DNA from: Planctomycetota bacterium
GTDB taxonomy: Bacteria; Planctomycetota; Planctomycetia; Pirellulales; Lacipirellulaceae
NCBI GenBank assembly: GCA_024276705.1
Contig: JAJRWS010000696.1
Location: forward strand, 1 to 36,128
Direction: 5' to 3'
DNA: 36,128 bases
The notes below the pieces were generated by a model that worked only from the letters and a program-made list of their open reading frames with translations, did no database searches and was not told where the DNA came from. The position numbers and the translations under genes are program-made. Below are positions 16,401 to 23,469 of this stretch, in pieces (the first letter of the stretch is position 1; the number at the start of each line of letters is the position of its first letter).

Positions 16401-16820
16401 ACCGCAGACGATCCGGATACTTGATCACTCCGTACCTTCAGCGGGCACAGCGAGGGCGGGGGTGGCAAAGATTTCTGAAACAATGGAGAGGTTGTGTTTA
16501 CGAGTTGAATATTTTCCTGCCACATAGGTATAAGTCCGAGCCTCAGCGGCCATTTCCACATCGCAGACCATCACCCTCGACCTGATCGTCTCCGGAAAGA
16601 AACGGACAGGGCGAGTGGTAAACATCACCGAAGGTTGCTTGCTCTATCTGTCCCATCGTAGTAGGATCAGTATTCGGACAATGAGGTCCGCTTAGGGGCC
16701 CGTGAAGACCAAACTCATGCTGCGATTCTCAGTTTTCTATTTCGTTGCCTCAACCAAAAGGGAAATGTCAGTTTTTCCTTTTCTCTCAATAGCACATCTG
16801 TAACTTGGGGAGGATGAGTT

Positions 16821-17082
16821 ATGAAGACGGCAAAAGTGGTTGCGCTTTTATCGTTGATGTTCTGCTACACGTCGTCCGCTCGCGGGCAGATGCTTGAGTG
16901 GATCCGGCAACTCGGCACCAGCGACCGCGACTCGAGCTATGGCGTATCGGCGGATGGGCTGGGGAGTGTCTACATCTCGGGCAGTACCAGAGCCGACGGC
17001 AGGGCTTCTGCTGATAATAGGAATGGTGGCAATGTTTTTCCAGCGTGCAGGTGACACTTTTCACTGTAAGGATGGCCAATGA
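16821..17082 (+). pseudogene. Mini PEP-CTERM protein (signal peptide plus one SBBP-like repeat plus PEP-CTERM) with an apparent 1-nt frameshift near 16990
   Basis: Frame 0: MKTAKVVALLSLMFCYTSSARGQMLEWIRQLGTSDRDSSYGVSADGLGSVYISG. Frame +1 continues VPEPTAGLLLIIGMVAMFFQRAG.. Its TGA (17080-17082) overlaps the esterase ATG (17079) as ATGA. Confidence 0.5.
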
Positions 17083-18185
17083 TGAGAATGTTTTTTCTGC
17101 TTGTTGCGTTGATTGCATTGGTACACTACGGACCGCAGTCGAATGCTCAGCCGTTTACGGAACTGATCGTCTTCGGAGATAGCCACTCCGATACGGGCAA
17201 CTGGGCTCCAGACGGCCACTGGGGGCTTGACCCAGCATATTTGGTGGGAAGATTTTCCAATGGCCCGAACTGGGTGGAAGAACTTGCCGTGCAATTGGGA
17301 CTACCCTTGCCCGCACCAAGTGAAGCAAGTGGCTTGAACTATGCTTGGGGGGGAGCACGGACGGGTGCAGGATTCGATAGGTCTGGAGGAATGTCGTTTC
17401 CCAAGGTTGGAACACAGGTCCGCCAATACCTCAGCAGACATGTCCCTGATGGTAATGAACTGGTGACGCTATTTCCTGGCCACAATGATTTCGGCTGGGG
17501 TGGTGAGATAAACGCTTCAATTCCAGCATTGAACATAGGGGATCATATTACCGCCCTAGCGACAGCAGGAATAAACCACTTTCTCGTCCCGAATCTACAT
17601 CCGCTCGGGCATTTGCCCGAGTATCGGGGAACTAGTCGCGAAGCCACATTATATGCATTGACGGCGGATTTCAATGAGATCCTGTCGGCAGAGATTGGAA
17701 GACTTGAAGAGGACCTTGGGGTAACAATTTTTCAGTACGATTTGTTCAGTTTTGTGCAAGGCGCAATTGAAGATCCCGCATCTTTAGGCCTTGTCAATGT
17801 GACGGACCCTGCGTTTTCTAATGGGGCCGCAGTGCCTAACCCGGATGAATATCTCTATTGGGACAATAACCATTTTACAACCTCGTTCTACGCGATGATG
17901 GGCCAACAAGCTGCAGCCGTCGTTGTGCCTGAACCATCGACCTATCTTCTGTGCATCTTCGGCATAGTCGTATTTGGACTGGGCAGATTAAGGAGTCGGC
18001 ATTTCTGCCCAAGAATGGCGCGCACCTTCATTGGGTATGAGCGAACTACTTTGCATAGAGTCCCTCCCACAAGCACGCCTTCATTGCCGGGTGAAACAAT
18101 TCCTGAACCCTCGGCAATTGCTCTTGCTGCCTTGGGGCTGATTTGCATTACGGAGATGTTGAAGTTTCGAATCCCTACAATCTGA
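17079..18185 (+). CDS. GDSL/SGNH-family esterase/lipase with PEP-CTERM anchor(s)
   Basis: Signal peptide, block I FGDSHSDTGN, block V YLYWDNNHFT, then VPEPSTYLLCIFGIVVFGLGRLRSR. A second IPEPSAIALAALGLICI segment lies 45 aa later. Confidence 0.9.
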   Translation: MMRMFFLLVALIALVHYGPQSNAQPFTELIVFGDSHSDTGNWAPDGHWGLDPAYLVGRFSNGPNWVEELAVQLGLPLPAPSEASGLNYAWGGARTGAGFDRSGGMSFPKVGTQVRQYLSRHVPDGNELVTLFPGHNDFGWGGEINASIPALNIGDHITALATAGINHFLVPNLHPLGHLPEYRGTSREATLYALTADFNEILSAEIGRLEEDLGVTIFQYDLFSFVQGAIEDPASLGLVNVTDPAFSNGAAVPNPDEYLYWDNNHFTTSFYAMMGQQAAAVVVPEPSTYLLCIFGIVVFGLGRLRSRHFCPRMARTFIGYERTTLHRVPPTSTPSLPGETIPEPSAIALAALGLICITEMLKFRIPTI

Positions 18186-18381
18186 ATATGAACGCAGTGA
18201 GAATCATTATTGGGGTGTACGAAAAAGGCCCTACTTTTTATCTATCACGTAGTGCAAGTTCAGGCGTGGTGGCAAACTCGCGATTTCGAGTAAAAAACGC
18301 TACCTGTGCAGGAGCCAGGGCAATGCCGCCCATCGGGCCAGGATTCGACAGTTGTGGGGGCTTCATGGAGAGTAATGAAAA

Positions 18382-20364
18382 ATGCACGGAAGCTTGAAGA
18401 TAGCAGTGCTGGCATGTGGACTGGTTGTCTGGCCCGCCTCCGCTTATGCGCAAACCCTCAAATTGAGTTCCACGCCGTTGCCGGCTGGGGCAGATGTCCT
18501 CGACTTCCAACTCAGCCGCGACGGTGCCCTCGTTGTCTATCGGGGCGACCTGGAAACAGACGGAGTCATCGACCTGTTCAGCACCTCGACATCCGGAGGA
18601 GGAGCACAACTCAAATTAAACGGTGGGGCATTGTTGGATGGAGATGTTTTTTCCGACTACCACCTCAATGCTGACGGCAGTCGAGTCGTTTACCGGGGTG
18701 ATTTAGTCATCGAGGATGTCGCCGATCTCTACAGCGCATCCACCGTCGCCAGTGGGACACAGATAAGGCTGAGCTTTACATCCACGGCCGGAGGCGATGT
18801 GTTCCCCGGCTATCAACTTACCGGCGACGGCAACCGGGTTGTCTACCGGGGCGACCTGGTAACCAACAGTGTGTCCGAACTCTATAGCGCGTCTACGGTT
18901 GCGAGCGGAACACAAGTCGTGTTGAGTTCCACCTCCTTGCCGGGAGCGGATGTCTTCTCCGATTACCAAATTTCATTCCCCGGTCTGGTCACCTATCGGG
19001 GCGACCTGACCGTCGATGGTGTCTCCTCGCTCTATGGTGCCTACTCGACCGTGGGTGGCTCGCAGATCGGCCTGAGTTTTTCGACATTGGTCAGGGCGGA
19101 TGTCTTCGATTACCAGTTGACCCCTGAAGGCAACCGTGCCGTCTACCGGGGCGACCTGGCGACAGACGGCCGTACCTCGCTTTATAGTGCCGCCACGTTT
19201 GTCAGTGGCTCGCAAATCGGTTTGAGTTTTACGACGTTGGCCGGGGCGGATGTCTCCGACTACCAATTGACTCCCGACGGTAGTCGTGTCGTTTACCGGG
19301 GCGACCTGGTGACGGATGGTTCGTTGGCGCTCTACAGTTCTTCCACGTTTTTTGGTGGAACGCAGATTCCTTTGAGCTCTACGACGTTGGCTGGAGCGGA
19401 TGTTTTCGATTACCAAATCACACCCGATGGCAGCCATGTTGTCTACCGGGGCGACCTGGTGGCGGATGGTGTTTCCGCCCTCTATAGTGTTTCCACGACT
19501 GCCAGTGGCACGCAGCTTGACTTGAGTTCCGCCACGCTGGCGAGAGCGAATGTCTCCGCCGATTATAAGCTTCTGCCTGATAGCAGTCGGGTTGTCTACC
19601 GAGGCGCCTTGTCTCAGGAAAATGTGGTCGAGCTCTACAGCGCTTCCACGACTGCCAGCGGAGCGCAGATCGGCCTCAGTTCTACTTCGCTGGCCGAGGC
19701 TGCCGTTTTTGATTTTCAGCTCACGCCCGATGGAAACCACGCTATCTACCGTGGCGATTTGTCCACAAGCAACCTGGTCGAGCTCTACAGCGCGGCTACG
19801 GATGCCGTTGGCACGCAAGTCAAGCTGAATAACTCTCTCTCTGCTGTGGACGACTGGATCGGTAATATTCAAATCAGTGACGATGGCCAGTCCCTTGCCT
19901 TCATGGTGGGAACCACGACCGATCCGCTGGATGAAACTAAATTTACCGGCAAGGAACTCTTTTGGACGCCGATCACCGGCGGTGGTGCAACTTCGGTTGC
20001 CATTGCAAACACGGAAATCACTTCCTATCAGTTCAACGGTGACACCCTCATTTTTGCAGGGGACCTCGACACCCCTGGGATGACCGAGTTGTACCACTTC
20101 GTCTGGTTTTCCGGAAACTATGACGAGGACCGAGACGTGGATGGGGCCGACTTCCTCAAGTGGCAACGGGGCGAGTCACCCACTCCGCTGAGCCAATCGG
20201 ACCTTGCTGCATGGCAAGGGGATTTTGGCTCAACGCCCAGCCCGACGACGATTGCTTTGCAGGCGGTTCCAGAGCCGAGCTGCTGGATGATGCTATGGCT
20301 GGCAGCTTTTACGTGCAGCTGGCAGCGGCGTTGGGTGTCGCCACTGTCAACAGACCGGCGTTAG
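18382..20364 (+). CDS. Secreted PD40/TolB-like beta-propeller repeat protein with a dockerin-like module and PEP-CTERM anchor
   Basis: Signal peptide MHGSLKIAVLACGLVVWPASAYA. Nine or more ~50-aa repeats (DYQLTPDGSRVVYRGDLVTDGVSELYSAST). C-terminus DVDGADFLKWQRGESPTPLSQSDLAAWQGDFG followed by VPEPSCWMMLWLAAF..RRW. Confidence 0.9.
   Translation: MHGSLKIAVLACGLVVWPASAYAQTLKLSSTPLPAGADVLDFQLSRDGALVVYRGDLETDGVIDLFSTSTSGGGAQLKLNGGALLDGDVFSDYHLNADGSRVVYRGDLVIEDVADLYSASTVASGTQIRLSFTSTAGGDVFPGYQLTGDGNRVVYRGDLVTNSVSELYSASTVASGTQVVLSSTSLPGADVFSDYQISFPGLVTYRGDLTVDGVSSLYGAYSTVGGSQIGLSFSTLVRADVFDYQLTPEGNRAVYRGDLATDGRTSLYSAATFVSGSQIGLSFTTLAGADVSDYQLTPDGSRVVYRGDLVTDGSLALYSSSTFFGGTQIPLSSTTLAGADVFDYQITPDGSHVVYRGDLVADGVSALYSVSTTASGTQLDLSSATLARANVSADYKLLPDSSRVVYRGALSQENVVELYSASTTASGAQIGLSSTSLAEAAVFDFQLTPDGNHAIYRGDLSTSNLVELYSAATDAVGTQVKLNNSLSAVDDWIGNIQISDDGQSLAFMVGTTTDPLDETKFTGKELFWTPITGGGATSVAIANTEITSYQFNGDTLIFAGDLDTPGMTELYHFVWFSGNYDEDRDVDGADFLKWQRGESPTPLSQSDLAAWQGDFGSTPSPTTIALQAVPEPSCWMMLWLAAFTCSWQRRWVSPLSTDRR
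18535..19800 (+). repeat. Intragenic tandem repeat, 9 units of 150-153 bp
   Basis: The core gtctaccggggcgacctgg recurs at 18535, 18688, 18841, 18991, 19141, 19291, 19441, 19594 and 19744. Confidence 0.85.
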
Positions 20365-20386
20365 CCAGCCATGCCCGTGGCGGCGA

Positions 20387-20599
20387 TCAGTCTTCCGGGA
20401 CCGTGTCGTCTTGTGGTGTCTCGTCGGGGGCTGGATCACTGGGATCGTGGTCACTGGGGCCCTCCTTGGTGATCAGCGAAGGGCATACTTCTTGTTCGCC
20501 ACATTGCTGGCAGACGATGTGGATCAGGTCCGAACTGCTCAGCTTCAGGTTTTCATTCCGACAGAGCTGGTAGAGCTCTCTGAGATGGATGCAAGTCAT
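20387..20599 (-). CDS. Small Cys-containing hypothetical protein with an acidic Pro-rich tail
   Basis: 70-aa ORF MTCIHLRELYQLCRNENLKLSSSDLIHIVCQQCGEQEVCPS... It has plausible composition but no recognisable domain. Confidence 0.4.
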   Translation of the reverse strand: MTCIHLRELYQLCRNENLKLSSSDLIHIVCQQCGEQEVCPSLITKEGPSDHDPSDPAPDETPQDDTVPED

Positions 20600-21101
20600 G
20601 GCAATATCCCCATGGTTCTGGTATCCAGCCGCGCTCCTGACTCACCCATTTCAGGGCGGCGGTTTCACTGCCAGGATGACAGAGTCGCGGATTGGAAGTG
20701 GCTGTCCGGGAAATCCTCGCATCCCCGTTTCACCGAGGGAGCGACGTACCCCTAGGCCGGTTATACTATTCCATGCAGCTCCAGGCGAGGCCAACGTTAT
20801 CGGCGAGAGAAGTTTAGCCTGGACCATTCATCCGCTACCCCTGCGGACAGCCTGTGTTTTGCCCTGGAAGTTGACATTCACTTTCATGCTGAACCCTGAG
20901 GATCAGCCGATAATTAACTACCCGGTTTGCAGTAAGCCACGTTCAATGGAAAAATCGTTAAATCGTGCTGTTTTGGCAATGTGGCCATCCTGGTCGTGTT
21001 CAGCCGCTTGCGGCGGTGCTCGTACTCGAAAGGTGCAAGCATGGCGGATGCCATCTTTGAGTACGACAAACTTGCCCTCTAATCCGGTTGGCTGCAGAAT
21101 G

Positions 21102-21137
21102 CGAGTACGAGTACCGCTCTGCTGAGTACGAGTACGA
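21102..21137 (-). repeat. Repeat family A, 36-bp core only
   Basis: cgagtacgagtaccgctctgctgagtacgagtacga matches 36049-36084 with 1 mismatch. Confidence 0.6.
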
Positions 21138-21378
21138 AATCCAAACCAAACCAAAACGCAATGAAGCCAAAAACAAACGTTTCAACCGTTCCCACGCCCC
21201 GCTTTGCGGGGCAAGCCAAAGACAAGGCTTCTGGCCGTGATCGATTAATATAGGTGTGGCACGTTCCTCCCATGGCATGATGTCCCTCCCAGCGATGGGC
21301 GTGGTCGATTCACGCATGTCACGCATCGTTCCACGCCCTTCATACCTCAGGGCGTGGGCACACAGGACCAAAAGGCTT

Positions 21379-21479
21379 AGGATCGTTCGAGAAATAACTG
21401 TCCGATGTCCCCTCGCCCCTTTGGGGAGAGGGCAGGGTGAGGGGCCTGGAAACATGCCAGTTATTTCTCGAACGATCCT
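21379..21479. repeat. Palindromic MITE/REP-like repeat family B, copy 1
   Basis: aggatcgttcgagaaataactg...cccctcgcccctttggggagagggcagggtgagggg...cagttatttctcgaacgatcct, with perfect 22-bp outer arms. Confidence 0.85.
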
Positions 21480-21534
21480 TATTTTGAGTTTTAGGCCTGA
21501 CAATACACTAGCGAGAAACAGTCGAGAAAGCCCT

Positions 21535-22050
21535 ATGAGGCCCTTTGTCACGACGCGGGAAATTTACTGTAAAAGTGCGCGGGAGGACATCTGGAGCGCG
21601 CTTGCCGATACGCATCAATTGAATCGAGCGATCGGGAATAACCCCTTGGAGAGTGAACCGATCCACCAGGGCGCCGAACGTTACCGAATCAAGACGCGTC
21701 TTGCCGGTTTGTCGCTTGAATACGAAGAAGAGCCCTTCGAGTGGAATCGGCCGGAATTTCTCTCGATTGCGCGCAAGTTTCTGAACGGACCGGCACGTCG
21801 CTATCAGATCGAGTGGCGGCTGGTCGAAAAACAGCAGGGCGGAACGAGTGTCCAGCAACGCCTGGAAGTCGAACCGCGCTCGGTGTGGTTCTGGCCTTTC
21901 GTGGCGCTCAACGCCATGGCGATCACCCATCGACTGGTACGGGAGATTGGCCGCGTCGATGCCCACCTGGATCGTGACATGGAAGCTTACGCCGATGCAA
22001 GTGTCTCCCCGGTCAATTCCGTGGCCTTGGAACGCACCCGGCAGGCCTAG
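21535..22050 (+). CDS. SRPBCC (START/polyketide-cyclase-like) domain protein; possibly the N-terminal part of the downstream cyclase
   Basis: MRPFVTTREIYCKSAREDIWSALADTHQLNRA.. is a typical SRPBCC start. It ends at a TAG at 22048 in the same frame as the next ORF. Confidence 0.65.
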   Translation: MRPFVTTREIYCKSAREDIWSALADTHQLNRAIGNNPLESEPIHQGAERYRIKTRLAGLSLEYEEEPFEWNRPEFLSIARKFLNGPARRYQIEWRLVEKQQGGTSVQQRLEVEPRSVWFWPFVALNAMAITHRLVREIGRVDAHLDRDMEAYADASVSPVNSVALERTRQA

Positions 22051-22062
22051 CAGGCTTCGCTC

Positions 22063-23469
22063 TTGGCTGAGGGGACTTGCCCGGGTCCGGGGGACGGTTC
22101 CAATCCAGGAGCTTGCCTGGCACAAGAGGTGGGTCATAACCATGAGGCCGGGTTGGAGGAAGAGAAAGGCACGGACCAGAGTGTGGATCTGGATTTGGCG
22201 AAACGTTTGGCTCAGTTTATCGTCGTCGCGCCCGATGTGGCGGTCAGTCGGATACGCCCCTTCGAATTGGCGGACGACTGGGGAGTCGACCGGCGCCGCC
22301 TGGTGTCGGTCTGCTTGAAGGGCGTGCTGGCAGGCATGTTGGAGTTGTCCTGGGACATCATCTGCCCGAGTTGCCGCACCTTGTCGTCGCGAGTCGCGAC
22401 CCTTTCGCAGTTGGAGCAGCAGACGCATTGTCACTTGTGCGACATTACCATCCAGGTTGATTTCGATCGGGCGGTCGAGGCCACTTTCCGGCCCACGGAG
22501 TGCGTTCGCCCACTGGAGGATCGGCCTTACTGTATCGGCGGACCTTTTCGAACCCCTCATGTCGTCGCCCAGGCGGTGCTGCCGGCCGGCGGCACGGTCC
22601 ATTTGCAGATTCCCGACGTCGAAGGTCGCTACCGCCTGTTTGTTCGTGGTGGCGCATCGGTCAGCATCGAAGTGAAGGCTGGCGGGAGTGCCCGCCGGCA
22701 AGTCGCTGCCGGCGCTCAGGTGACTCCGGCCGAGCTGAGCCTGGCTCCTGGCGGTGAATTGGAGGTCCAGGACTGCTTGCATACGCGGCGGCATGTGAAG
22801 CTGGAGCACCTGGCGTGGGCCAGCGCCGCAACCACGGCCCACTACGTGAGTACGTTCGATTCGTTTCGGCGGCTCTTCTCGGCGGAAGTCCTACGGCCCG
22901 GATTGCATGTGAAGACATCGCGCGTGGTGCTGCTCTTCACCGACTTGACCGGGAGCACGGCCATGTACTCTCGGCACGGCGATGCTCGGGCGTATCGTTT
23001 CGTGCAAGAGCATTTTGCCGTGCTCGACGCAGTGATCGATCGGCATGGAGGCGCGGTCGTGAAAACCTTGGGCGATGCGGTGATGGCCGCATTCACCGAA
23101 GAGAGGGCCGCGGTGGAAGGGGCCATCGCCATGCAGTGGGCGTATCGACGTTTTGCTCGAAAGCGTGAGGAAGCATGCGGTGTTCAATTGTGCGTGGGCC
23201 TGTTCGCGGGCGCTGCCTATCTGGTCAACGCGAACCATATCCTCGACTATTTTGGTCAAACGGTGAACATCGCCAATCGGCTGCAAGGCACTTCCGCGGG
23301 TGGGCAAATCGTGCTCCCGGCCGAAATGGTCGCCTGCCTGGAGAAGTCCGGAGGGATCCAGGGGGCCCATCGGCTGGGGCCCTTCGAGGCCGTGCTCAAG
23401 GGACTCGACCAACCGCTGGCCGCGGTCCGTCTGGCGGTCGACGAGGATGAGAGCATGGCGAGTTGTTGA
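22063..23469 (+). CDS. Class III adenylate/guanylate cyclase with an N-terminal Cys-rich DUF5939-like domain
   Basis: WDIICPSCRTLSS..THCHLCDITIQVDFD (DUF5939-like, name from memory). Cyclase core VVLLFTDLTGSTAMYSRHGDARAYRFVQEHF..GGAVVKTLGDAVMAAF..FGQTVNIANRLQ. TTG start is uncertain. Confidence 0.85.
   Translation: MAEGTCPGPGDGSNPGACLAQEVGHNHEAGLEEEKGTDQSVDLDLAKRLAQFIVVAPDVAVSRIRPFELADDWGVDRRRLVSVCLKGVLAGMLELSWDIICPSCRTLSSRVATLSQLEQQTHCHLCDITIQVDFDRAVEATFRPTECVRPLEDRPYCIGGPFRTPHVVAQAVLPAGGTVHLQIPDVEGRYRLFVRGGASVSIEVKAGGSARRQVAAGAQVTPAELSLAPGGELEVQDCLHTRRHVKLEHLAWASAATTAHYVSTFDSFRRLFSAEVLRPGLHVKTSRVVLLFTDLTGSTAMYSRHGDARAYRFVQEHFAVLDAVIDRHGGAVVKTLGDAVMAAFTEERAAVEGAIAMQWAYRRFARKREEACGVQLCVGLFAGAAYLVNANHILDYFGQTVNIANRLQGTSAGGQIVLPAEMVACLEKSGGIQGAHRLGPFEAVLKGLDQPLAAVRLAVDEDESMASC

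Noticed and set aside
18973-20166. 397-aa ORF on the minus strand
   Set aside because: It is antisense to the tandem-repeat PEP-CTERM gene. It is Arg/Gly-rich and mirrors the periodic repeat, so it is a shadow ORF.
20589-21551. ORFs 20589-21125 (+), 20918-21154 (-), 21000-21551 (-)
   Set aside because: They span repeat-laden intergenic DNA, have odd composition, and overlap repeats A and B.
21508-22842. 444-aa ORF on the minus strand
   Set aside because: It is antisense to the SRPBCC and cyclase genes in a GC-rich region. It has low-complexity Arg/Ala/Pro composition and no motifs.
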